From assembly GCA_905236025.1 (NCBI GenBank), contig CAJOOB010000051.1, forward strand, positions 1 to 45,501: a DNA stretch of 45,501 nucleotides. The letters run 5' to 3'. Each line of letters starts with the position of its first letter. The first letter of the stretch is position 1. Shown one piece after another: positions 37,062 to 45,393 of this stretch. A model generated the notes under the pieces. That model ran no database searches. It was not told the origin of the DNA and worked only from the letters and a program-made list of their open reading frames with translations. The position numbers and the translations under genes were made by a program. This DNA is from an uncultured Lachnospiraceae bacterium (GTDB lineage Bacteria; Bacillota; Clostridia; Lachnospirales; Lachnospiraceae).

Positions 37062-37762
37062 TGAAAGTACGAATAAAGTATTCAAAAACCGGATACATGA
37101 AGTACATTGCCCATCTTGATATGCTTAGATATTTTCAAAAGGCAATAAGACGTTCAGGCATTGATATTGCATATACTGACGGGTTTTCACCACATCAAAA
37201 GGTTTCGTTTGCTGCTCCTTTAGCGGTGGGGATGCAAAGCCTTGGAGAGTATTTTGATATTGAAGTGAATTCATCTTTGGATGAGGAAACTTCAAGAAAA
37301 CTCCTTGATGATACAATGGTTGAAGGAATAAGTGTGTTAAATTACAAGATTTTACCCGATAATGCAGGTAAATGTATGAGCGTTTGTGAAGCTTCGGATT
37401 ATTTTGTGCCATATATGGCAGGAGAAATAAGTGTTTCTGATATTCAAAATATCGTAGATTCATTTATGTCACAGAACGAAATTGTGGTATACAGAAAAAC
37501 AAAGTGTACAGAAGGCGAAGCAGAGGTAAAAAAATACATTTACGATATGAAGGCAATGGAGTATGAGGATTACGACGGTAATAAATTAAAAGGCGTTTAT
37601 ATGATGCTTGCAACCGGCAGTGTTTATAATCTTAAACCGGAAATACTCGCTGTTAAGATGGGGATTTGTGACGAAGAACAGGCAAAGTGCAATATTGTAA
37701 GACTTGAAACCTACAGACGTGATGATGAAGGCGATTTTGTTCCGCTTGATGTATACGAATAG
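37061..37762 (+). CDS. TIGR03936-family radical SAM-associated protein (DUF2344)
   Basis: KYIAHLDMLRYFQKAIRRS and YTDGFSPH...FAAPLAVG. TAATG overlap with the upstream gene. Confidence 0.9.
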   Translation: MKVRIKYSKTGYMKYIAHLDMLRYFQKAIRRSGIDIAYTDGFSPHQKVSFAAPLAVGMQSLGEYFDIEVNSSLDEETSRKLLDDTMVEGISVLNYKILPDNAGKCMSVCEASDYFVPYMAGEISVSDIQNIVDSFMSQNEIVVYRKTKCTEGEAEVKKYIYDMKAMEYEDYDGNKLKGVYMMLATGSVYNLKPEILAVKMGICDEEQAKCNIVRLETYRRDDEGDFVPLDVYE

Positions 37763-37779
37763 TTTTAAGAGGAACCCAT

Positions 37780-39006
37780 ATGAGACGTATTATTCTAACA
37801 AAAATCAAAGATAAAAACGGCAAAGATGCTTTATTTGATGCGGTAGTTAATGTGAAAAAAGATTCCGTAAACGATATTGAGAAAATTGCCATAACAGCAA
37901 CCGAAGAGAAGGAAATAGGATCAATTTATGCGGTGAGAGTAAGAGACTGCGTGCCCAATATTAATGCATGCTTTGTTGAATATTTGCCGGGTAAAAACGC
38001 CTTTTTACCAATGCCAAAGGATTTTACACCTGTATTTTTAAACCCAAAGCAAAATGATAAGATTTGCTGCGGCGATATTATATTGGTTCAGAAAATGAAG
38101 GCAAAGGTTAAATCAAAAGAAGCGTTTGTTTCAACGCGTATTGGTTCAATAGGACCTGCAATATTTATGCAACGCGGAAAATTTAACGTTAATTTTATGG
38201 GTGTACTAAAAGAAAAAAAGATGTATAAGAAGTTTCGCTGTGATATTAGTCAAAGACTTAAACAGTTTGAAAATTCAGGTTACGCATTTGTTATACGCCA
38301 TTCTGCCCTAAACATGACACCGGAAGAAATTGTTGCAGAAGCTAAAAAAGATATCAAAGAAACAGAGGCTCTTATTGATGAAGCAAAGAAAAGGTATGCA
38401 AGAGGTGAGATGAAAATTCCGTCTTGTATTTCGGAAGGACAATATTTATACAAGGTTTGGTCAAGTCAGTACAAAGATTCGTTAGAATGCGTGATAACGG
38501 ATTCTCCTGAACTTGAAAATGAAGCAAGGGAATTGTTTTCTAAATTTAATATGAATGTTGATGTCAGATTATATAATGATAAAAGATATTCTTTGACTAA
38601 CCTTTACGGACTTGATAAATGCATTGAAACGGCTCTTTCAAGAAAAGTATATTTAAAATCCGGCGGATATCTTGTTTTTGATTATACCGAGGCAATGACC
38701 GTAATTGATGTAAACTCCGGCAAGCAGATTGGCGGAAGAGACAAAGAAAGAGTTGTGTTTGAACTTAATAAAGAAGCGGCCTTAGAAATAATAAAACAGG
38801 TTTATTTCAGAAATTTAAGTGGTATTATAATTGTTGACTTTATTGGTATGGAAGATCCAAAGCATAAAGAAGAGCTGATAAGCTTCATAAAAGAAAAAAC
38901 AGAATCGGCTCCGCTTTTACTTAAGTGTCATGACTTTACAAAACTTGGTCTCATGGAGATTACAAGGCAGAAAATAGGAAGACCTATTTATGAAATATTA
39001 AGTTGA
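37780..39006 (+). CDS. Ribonuclease E/G family protein
   Basis: S1-like N-terminus (GSIY...PNINACFVE), LKSGGYLVFDYTEAMTVIDVNSGK, RNLSGIIIVDFI and TKLGLMEITRQK. Confidence 0.88.
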   Translation: MRRIILTKIKDKNGKDALFDAVVNVKKDSVNDIEKIAITATEEKEIGSIYAVRVRDCVPNINACFVEYLPGKNAFLPMPKDFTPVFLNPKQNDKICCGDIILVQKMKAKVKSKEAFVSTRIGSIGPAIFMQRGKFNVNFMGVLKEKKMYKKFRCDISQRLKQFENSGYAFVIRHSALNMTPEEIVAEAKKDIKETEALIDEAKKRYARGEMKIPSCISEGQYLYKVWSSQYKDSLECVITDSPELENEARELFSKFNMNVDVRLYNDKRYSLTNLYGLDKCIETALSRKVYLKSGGYLVFDYTEAMTVIDVNSGKQIGGRDKERVVFELNKEAALEIIKQVYFRNLSGIIIVDFIGMEDPKHKEELISFIKEKTESAPLLLKCHDFTKLGLMEITRQKIGRPIYEILS

Positions 39007-39031
39007 CAATTCCATTTTACTATGATAAATT
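39003..39031 (+). promoter_or_regulatory. Putative sigmaA promoter of rplU-prp-rpmA
   Basis: TTGACA (39003-08), 17-bp spacer, TAAATT (39026-31), with a TG extended -10. Confidence 0.65.
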
Positions 39032-39037
39032 ATGTTT

Positions 39038-39108
39038 TGTGTGCCGCACAATGAGGTTATAAGTGTACCCATTTTTAGAAAGGGTATCACCGAAGTTGGC
39101 GAGTAAAT
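39038..39108 (+). ncRNA. Ribosomal protein L21 leader (cis-regulatory RNA)
   Basis: 5' UTR of rplU with GCCGCAC...GGCGAG ends and an internal hairpin TACCC/GGGTA. Position and motifs fit the Firmicute L21 leader; boundaries are approximate. Confidence 0.7.
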
Positions 39109-39124
39109 TATATGGAGGTGCTTT

Positions 39125-39433
39125 ATGTACGCAATTATCGAAACAGGCGGAAAACAGTACAAGGTTTCGGAAGGCGATGTTCTCAGAGTTGAAAAGCTCG
39201 GCGTTGAAGCAGGAACAAGCTACACATTTGATCAGGTACTCCTTGTAAGTGGCGATGACGTTAAGGTTGGAGCTCCAACAGTTAGCGGTGCCACTGTAGA
39301 TGCTGATATTGTTGGCGATGTTAAGGGTAAGAAGGTTGTTGTATACAAATACAAGAGAAAAACCGGCTATCACAAGAAGAACGGCCACAGACAGCAGTAC
39401 ACAGAAGTTAAGATTACAAAGATTAACGCATAA
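39125..39433 (+). CDS. rplU: 50S ribosomal protein L21
   Basis: MYAIIETGGKQYKV...KKNGHRQQYT; GGAGGTG RBS. Confidence 0.99.
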   Translation: MYAIIETGGKQYKVSEGDVLRVEKLGVEAGTSYTFDQVLLVSGDDVKVGAPTVSGATVDADIVGDVKGKKVVVYKYKRKTGYHKKNGHRQQYTEVKITKINA

Positions 39434-39744
39434 TGATTAACTTTGAAATTAAAAAACTTGAAGATGGAAGATGTTACGGTTTTTGTTGCAAAGGACATTC
39501 CGGATACGCAAATAAAGGTTCGGATATTGTATGTGCAGCTGTATCGGCATTAACCGTTAATACTGTTAATTCGATTGAAAAGTTCACTGAAGACAAATTT
39601 TCAATTAATCAGGAAGACGGGTTGTTGGATTTTACGCTTGAAAGCGAAGTTTTTAGTGATGATACCGGGTTATTGCTGGATTCTTTGGTGCTTGGCATTA
39701 AAGAAATTGCAAAAGATAATCCCAAATACGTTTGTGTGATTTAG
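39433..39744 (+). CDS. prp: Ribosomal-processing cysteine protease Prp (YsxB)
   Basis: GHSGY...[10 protein letters not shown] (catalytic His/Cys); lies between rplU and rpmA. Confidence 0.95.
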   Translation: MINFEIKKLEDGRCYGFCCKGHSGYANKGSDIVCAAVSALTVNTVNSIEKFTEDKFSINQEDGLLDFTLESEVFSDDTGLLLDSLVLGIKEIAKDNPKYVCVI

Positions 39745-39770
39745 GTCGCACTAAGAAAGGAAAGATAGCT

Positions 39771-40055
39771 ATGTTGAGAATGAACCTTCAGTTATTCGCT
39801 CATAAAAAGGGTGTTGGTTCTACAAAGAACGGTAGAGATTCTGAGTCAAAGAGACTTGGCGCTAAGCGTGCTGATGGCCAGTTTGTTAAGGCCGGAAACA
39901 TTCTTTACAGACAGCGTGGAACAAAAATTCATCCTGGTACTAATGTAGGAATCGGTGGAGATGATACATTATTTGCACTTGTTGATGGTGTAGTTAAGTA
40001 CGAAAGAAAAGGCAGAGACAAGAAACAGGTTTCTGTTTATGCAAAGGCTGAATAA
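39771..40055 (+). CDS. rpmA: 50S ribosomal protein L27 with Prp-cleaved N-terminal extension
   Basis: [30 protein letters not shown]; start is the ATG at 39771. Confidence 0.99.
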   Translation: MLRMNLQLFAHKKGVGSTKNGRDSESKRLGAKRADGQFVKAGNILYRQRGTKIHPGTNVGIGGDDTLFALVDGVVKYERKGRDKKQVSVYAKAE

Positions 40056-40064
40056 TAAAAACGT

Positions 40065-40097
40065 GGGCTTCAATCGTCAGATTGAAGCCTTTATTTT
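40065..40097 (+). terminator. Rho-independent terminator between rpmA and obgE
   Basis: GGCTTCAATC-GTCA-GATTGAAGCC followed by TTTATTTT. Confidence 0.85.
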
Positions 40098-40111
40098 AAG
40101 GAGAGTCGGAT

Positions 40112-41404
40112 ATGTTTGCAGATAGTGTAAAAATATTTATTAAATCCGGTAAAGGTGGCGATGGCCACGTTTCATTCAGAAGAGAACTCTATGTTGCAGC
40201 CGGCGGACCAAACGGTGGTGACGGCGGTAAAGGCGGAGATATTATCTTTGAAGTTGCAGACGGCTTAAATACATTATCGGAATTTAGACATAATACAAAA
40301 TATATTGCCGAATCCGGTCAGGAAGGCGGCCAGAACAATTGTCACGGTAAAGATGGGGAAGATCTTATCATAAAGGTTCCGGAAGGTACAGTTATTAAGG
40401 AAGCCGAAACCGGTCTTGTTATTGCAGACATGTCATTGGATAATAAGAGAGAAGTAATATTAAAAGGCGGTAGAGGCGGCAAGGGTAATGCACATTATGC
40501 AACTGCCACAATGCAGGTTCCTAAGTATGCTCAACCCGGACAGGAAGCAAAAGAACTTTATGTAAGGCTTGAGCTTAAGTGTATTGCGGATGTTGGTCTT
40601 GTTGGTTATCCAAACGTTGGTAAATCAACGTTTTTGTCGCGTGTAACAAATGCAAAGCCAAAGATTGCAAATTACCATTTTACAACTTTACAGCCAAATC
40701 TTGGCGTTGTTGATATGCCGGGTGGAAAGGGCTTTGTAATTGCGGATATTCCGGGAATTATTGAAGGAGCCTCAGAAGGAGTGGGTCTTGGGCTTGAGTT
40801 TTTAAGACATATTGAAAGAACCAAGGTTTTGATTCACTTTGTTGATGCGGCTTCTGTTGAAGGAAGAGATCCTATTGATGATATTAAGAAAATAAATGCC
40901 GAACTTGAAAATTACGGTGCAGGCGTTAAAAATAAACCGCAGGTAATTGCGGCAAACAAAGTAGATGCAATCTACGATTTAAGTGAAAGTAAGATTGAAG
41001 AAATCAAAAATGAGTTTGAACCGCAGGGAATAAAGGTCTTTCCTGTGTCAGGCGTATCCGGTCAGGGTATAAAAGAACTTTTGTTTTATGTATCCGATTT
41101 ACTTGATAATTTAAAGGACGAATCACAGGTATTTGAAAGAGAATACTTTGATGATATCAGTGTTCCGGATAACGCCAGTTTACCATATACGGTTGAAAAG
41201 GTTGAAGACGGTCTTTACTCTGTTGAAGGTCCAAGAATTGAAAGAATGCTTGGGTACACAAACCTTGAATCAGAAAAAGGCTTTATTTTCTTCCAGAATT
41301 TCATGAAAGATAACGGCATCTTAGATGAGTTAGAAGCTCTTGGAATTGAAGAAGGTGACACCGTTAAGGTCTATGGCCATGAATTTGATTATTATAAAGA
41401 ATAA
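40112..41404 (+). CDS. obgE: GTPase ObgE/CgtA
   Basis: Gly-rich Obg fold, GYPNVGKST, YHFTTLQP, DIPG, NKVD and a C-terminal OCT domain. Confidence 0.98.
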   Translation: MFADSVKIFIKSGKGGDGHVSFRRELYVAAGGPNGGDGGKGGDIIFEVADGLNTLSEFRHNTKYIAESGQEGGQNNCHGKDGEDLIIKVPEGTVIKEAETGLVIADMSLDNKREVILKGGRGGKGNAHYATATMQVPKYAQPGQEAKELYVRLELKCIADVGLVGYPNVGKSTFLSRVTNAKPKIANYHFTTLQPNLGVVDMPGGKGFVIADIPGIIEGASEGVGLGLEFLRHIERTKVLIHFVDAASVEGRDPIDDIKKINAELENYGAGVKNKPQVIAANKVDAIYDLSESKIEEIKNEFEPQGIKVFPVSGVSGQGIKELLFYVSDLLDNLKDESQVFEREYFDDISVPDNASLPYTVEKVEDGLYSVEGPRIERMLGYTNLESEKGFIFFQNFMKDNGILDELEALGIEEGDTVKVYGHEFDYYKE

Positions 41405-41425
41405 TTATTGAAGAAAGGATATGTA

Positions 41426-41719
41426 ATGATAAATTTAACAAGCAAACAAAGAGCGTACCTTATAAAACTTGCATCAGGTATTCAGCCTTTGTTTCAGATT
41501 GGGAAAAGTGCTGTAACGCCTGAATTTACAAAAGGTATTGAAGAACTTTTTAATACACACGAACTTATTAAAATATCTGTACTGCAAAATTGCCTTGACG
41601 ATCCGAAAGAGATGGCGTTTATGCTTGCGGAAAGAACAGATTCAACGGTTGTTAAAGTGATTGGAAGAAAAATTGTGCTTTATAAGCCTTTTAAGGATAA
41701 TCCGGTTATAAAATTATGA
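41426..41719 (+). CDS. yhbY: CRM-domain RNA-binding protein YhbY
   Basis: Motifs LTSKQRAYL, FQIGK, HELIKISVL and VIGRKIVLY. Confidence 0.93.
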   Translation: MINLTSKQRAYLIKLASGIQPLFQIGKSAVTPEFTKGIEELFNTHELIKISVLQNCLDDPKEMAFMLAERTDSTVVKVIGRKIVLYKPFKDNPVIKL

Positions 41720-42330
41720 TGAAAAGAATTGGTATTATGGGTGGATCCTTTGATCCTGTACATAACGGCCATTTGGAAATGGCAGAAATTGCATATAAAA
41801 AACTTAACCTTGATGCCGTTTGGTTCATGCCCACAGCAAAACCCGGCAGTTACAAAAAGAGAAAACTCGATGCTTCAAATAAAGAGCGTCTCGAGATGGT
41901 TAGGCTTGCAATTTCAGAATATGATGAGTTTGTCTTAAGTCTTGAAGAATATAAAAGAAGAGGAACCATCTATACCGCCGATACCTTACAAATTCTTACA
42001 AAAAAATATTCGGATACAGAGTGGTACTTTATTTTGGGAGGGGATTCCCTAATGCAGATAACCACCTGGAAAACGCCCGAAATTATATTTGAATTATCAA
42101 ATATTGTCGCGTTTACAAGAGCAGATGTTGATTATCCGAAAGCACTTTTATTGTCAGAAAATCTAAAAGAAACATATAATGCCAAAGTAACTGTACTTGA
42201 TGATAAAATCCCGGACGTATCATCTACGCAAATAAGAGAGATGATAAAGAATAAAGAGGATATTTTGGGATTATTGCCAAAGTCAGTATATGAATATATA
42301 ATAAATAACGGAATTTATGGCAAATTATAG
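41716..42330 (+). CDS. nadD: Nicotinate-nucleotide adenylyltransferase
   Basis: Motifs GGSFDPVHNGH, YTADTL, FILGGDS, TWK and VSSTQIR. Confidence 0.96.
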   Translation: MMKRIGIMGGSFDPVHNGHLEMAEIAYKKLNLDAVWFMPTAKPGSYKKRKLDASNKERLEMVRLAISEYDEFVLSLEEYKRRGTIYTADTLQILTKKYSDTEWYFILGGDSLMQITTWKTPEIIFELSNIVAFTRADVDYPKALLLSENLKETYNAKVTVLDDKIPDVSSTQIREMIKNKEDILGLLPKSVYEYIINNGIYGKL

Positions 42331-42339
42331 GAGGCAGAT

Positions 42340-42558
42340 ATGAATCCTTTTACAGCTATGAAAGCTAAAAAAACATTAGAAGAAAATCATCCAAAAGCAG
42401 CATTGTTTGTAAAACAGGTAATAATGAGCGGGATGCCTGCAGACAGCGTGATTGAAATATCAGTTACAAAGCCCGGTGAATCAACAAAAACAACAAATGT
42501 AAAAATCACTCAGTCTGATTTGGATGCATTAAACGAGCTCCTTAAAATGGCAAAATAA
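42340..42558 (+). CDS. Small hypothetical protein (72 aa)
   Basis: AGGAGG RBS; fills the nadD-yqeK gap with 9-bp and 16-bp spacers. Confidence 0.8.
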   Translation: MNPFTAMKAKKTLEENHPKAALFVKQVIMSGMPADSVIEISVTKPGESTKTTNVKITQSDLDALNELLKMAK

Positions 42559-42574
42559 TTGGGAGGTTCTGTGT

Positions 42575-43159
42575 ATGGAAAAGAAAGATATTAAAAAAGA
42601 ACTCAAAGAATTACTTTCAAAAGACAGGTATAAACATACTGTCGGCGTTAGATACACGGCAATGTGTCTTGGAATGAAATATGACGTTGATCTTGACCTT
42701 TGCGAAATGGCGGGACTTTTACACGATTGTGGAAAAGCAATGAGCGACAAAGAAAAAATTGAGATATGCAAAAAGGCAGATATTCCGATAAGCGAAGCGG
42801 AAAACAAAAACCCGTCGCTTTTACATGCAAAGATTGGCGCATATTACGCGCTTTATAAATATGACATTGATAATCCTTATATTATAGACGCGATAAGATA
42901 CCACACAACCGGCAGACCGAATATGAGCCTGCTTGAAAAAATCATCTTTGTTGCGGATTATATCGAGCCTGGCAGAAATATGGCTCCAAACCTTGGTGTG
43001 ATCAGAAAAATCGCCTTTGAAGATTTGGATGTTGCCGTATTTTTGATTTGCAGGGATACAATTGATTACGTAAATGAACGCGGCTTATACTTGGATGAAA
43101 TGACCGTAAAAACAATGGAATTTTATAAGGAGCTTTGTAAGGACAGACTTGTCCTTTAA
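42575..43159 (+). CDS. yqeK: HD-domain Ap4A hydrolase YqeK
   Basis: Motifs RYKHTVGV, LLHDCGK, LLHAKIGA, RYHTTG and VADYIEPGR; lies between nadD and rsfS. Confidence 0.93.
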   Translation: MEKKDIKKELKELLSKDRYKHTVGVRYTAMCLGMKYDVDLDLCEMAGLLHDCGKAMSDKEKIEICKKADIPISEAENKNPSLLHAKIGAYYALYKYDIDNPYIIDAIRYHTTGRPNMSLLEKIIFVADYIEPGRNMAPNLGVIRKIAFEDLDVAVFLICRDTIDYVNERGLYLDEMTVKTMEFYKELCKDRLVL

Positions 43160-43167
43160 AAATAAGT

Positions 43168-43518
43168 ATGACAGAAAATGAAATTACAAAAAAGCAGTTA
43201 AAAATAATATATGATGCACTTTTAGAAAAAAAGGCGGAAAATATAAAGATAATTAATATAAGCACAATATCCGACGTTACCGATTATTTTGTACTGTCAA
43301 GCGGAAACAATGATTCACAGGTTGACGCGCTTTCGGATTTTTGCTTATCAAGCATGAATGAAGCAGGCTTTAAAGAACGCTCATTTGAAGGGTATAAATC
43401 GCACGAATGGAAACTCATAGATTTTGGTGACATTGTGGTACACATATTTAATGCCGATAGCCGCATTTTCTATGATCTGGACAGAATTTGGCAGGACGGA
43501 ACAGTAGAACATTTATAG
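43168..43518 (+). CDS. rsfS: Ribosome silencing factor RsfS
   Basis: Motifs EKKAENI, TDYFVLSSG, WKLIDFGDIVVHIF and FYDLDRIW. Confidence 0.96.
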   Translation: MTENEITKKQLKIIYDALLEKKAENIKIINISTISDVTDYFVLSSGNNDSQVDALSDFCLSSMNEAGFKERSFEGYKSHEWKLIDFGDIVVHIFNADSRIFYDLDRIWQDGTVEHL

Positions 43519-43530
43519 ATTGGAGTCAAA

Positions 43531-44256
43531 GTGAAGTTTAGTACTAAATATAATATTCATGGTTTAAGAAGAGTCATTCTTGGCATAATTGTTTTGATTT
43601 TTCTTTTATTTACCACGTTTTTTGTTAATTCTCTTGCGGGAAATATTTCTGTTATAAAAAATTATGAAAAAGTTTCATCTACGGTGGTTTCATCTTCAAC
43701 ATCAGATACACCTTCGTGGCAGACATGGTCAATGTATACAAGATACATTACGGTGAGTTTTACTTATGATGATACGGAATACTCAGATGTAGTTATACTT
43801 GGTGGTTCATACTCCGTAAAGGTTGGCGGAAACATGGAAATATACATAAATCCCGACGATCCGTATGATGCATACAGCAACCAGTTCTGGTATAAATCCG
43901 TTGGTATATTTACCATCATGCTTGCAATCCTGGCGATATTTATTGTTTATTTAAGACTTCCTGTCAGACAGAAAAAAAGGGAAGAGGAACTTTCAAAGAA
44001 CCTTTCTGAAAACGGAATTATTTATCACTGCGTAATTGAAAAGACTTATAAGAAAAATTATATAAAGAATACATTAAAGAAAGAGTATCAGTTAGAGTGT
44101 TCATGTAAAAAGGATGATTTGAAACTCTGGTTTAAATCCGAATGTGATGAAAGAATAATTGAATATAAAGAAGGCGCATATATTGATGTTTTAGCGGACA
44201 AGGATGATTACAGAAAATATAGAGTGTTAATTGATACATACAGTGAAAATAATTAG
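43531..44256 (+). CDS. Membrane protein, DUF3592-like
   Basis: TM helix, beta-rich domain ending VGGNMEIYINPDDP, second TM helix, then a second similar beta domain (EGAYIDVLADKDDY). Confidence 0.65.
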   Translation: MKFSTKYNIHGLRRVILGIIVLIFLLFTTFFVNSLAGNISVIKNYEKVSSTVVSSSTSDTPSWQTWSMYTRYITVSFTYDDTEYSDVVILGGSYSVKVGGNMEIYINPDDPYDAYSNQFWYKSVGIFTIMLAILAIFIVYLRLPVRQKKREEELSKNLSENGIIYHCVIEKTYKKNYIKNTLKKEYQLECSCKKDDLKLWFKSECDERIIEYKEGAYIDVLADKDDYRKYRVLIDTYSENN

Positions 44257-44322
44257 AAAAAACATAATTTTGACACAACTATATTATACAATGTAACAAA
44301 ATAAATCCTGACAGGAGCTAAT

Positions 44323-45393
44323 ATGAAACATTTAGGTGAAAATTACGAAACATTGGCAAAATTAATGAATTTGCTTGCGGTTGTTCTTACTGTTATCAGT
44401 TGTGCGCTTATAATTATCGGTGCGTGTACGGAAGTATTTTACACATCTGAATTTAATTCGGGTGAAACATATGCGGAAGAAGGCTTTTATGATTATTTAG
44501 ATATTGTAAAAAGCACGGATTTTACATCTTTAAGTTCAGTAAATCTTTTCAGTTATATTATGCTTGTTTCGGCAGTTGTAATACTACTGCTCATAATGGC
44601 ATGTTCGGTTCTTAATGCGGTTTCTTGCATTGTTGCAGCAGTTAAAAACAGAAATGCTGCGGATATGGGCCTCAAACTTGCAACGGTTTCACTTATTTTA
44701 ATATATGTATTAAAGTTAATAGTTACCTTATCTGTTCATGACAGATTTCTTACGGATACTAACGGCTTTTATATTATGTTCTTTGCGGCTATCGGCCTCT
44801 TTATTTCGCTTCTCATAATTAAGGTTGTAATGACGCTCTTACTTGGAAGCGCCGAATATCGAAAAAAATATATCATAAGTTATATATCAAATATACTTAC
44901 CGTTATTTTTTCGGTAATTATACTTGGTGCCGTCAATATGGGAATGTATTATACAACAATTGACGGAACCCTTTATGAATACGGTATAAATCACAGAGTT
45001 TACATGTTTTTTTATAAGAGCGAAATCAGTTCCGAATACTATCTTTACAATACTTTAATAACCGTGGCTGCGCTGCTTATCTTTATACTTGCGGTAATTA
45101 ACTTGATTATTTCATATAATGCATTAAAAAAGATACGTTTCAATATGACCCCGGTATATGTGTTATCCGGAATTATTGCAGCGATTTTGATTGCCGTAAT
45201 AACCACATATACATGTATGGATCTAAAATATAATTCGAGTGTGGGATATATATACGGAAGTGTATCAAATATGTTGATTGTTCAAATAACAGCAACTTCT
45301 ATATTTGTTCTTGCACAGATTGCACTTTTGGTATGGAATTTCCACAATAATAAGATGATTAAAAATCTAAAAACAGATAATAACAATTTATAA
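44323..45393 (+). CDS. Hypothetical polytopic membrane protein (~8 TM)
   Basis: 356-aa ORF with AGGAG RBS and about eight hydrophobic segments; no family recognised. Confidence 0.8.
   Translation: MKHLGENYETLAKLMNLLAVVLTVISCALIIIGACTEVFYTSEFNSGETYAEEGFYDYLDIVKSTDFTSLSSVNLFSYIMLVSAVVILLLIMACSVLNAVSCIVAAVKNRNAADMGLKLATVSLILIYVLKLIVTLSVHDRFLTDTNGFYIMFFAAIGLFISLLIIKVVMTLLLGSAEYRKKYIISYISNILTVIFSVIILGAVNMGMYYTTIDGTLYEYGINHRVYMFFYKSEISSEYYLYNTLITVAALLIFILAVINLIISYNALKKIRFNMTPVYVLSGIIAAILIAVITTYTCMDLKYNSSVGYIYGSVSNMLIVQITATSIFVLAQIALLVWNFHNNKMIKNLKTDNNNL

Noticed and set aside
39771..39797. N-terminal extension on L27 as a novelty
   Set aside because: This is a known Firmicute feature; it is cleaved by the adjacent Prp protease.
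60..43466. All minus-strand ORFs and short alternative-frame plus-strand ORFs in the track (e.g. 2924..3550, 3811..4413, 17742..18272, 39020..39388)
   Set aside because: They lie within or antisense to well-supported genes and show no recognisable motifs; they are shadow ORFs.
44270..44292. TTGACA...TACAAT promoter upstream of the last ORF
   Set aside because: The spacer is only 11 bp, incompatible with sigmaA geometry.
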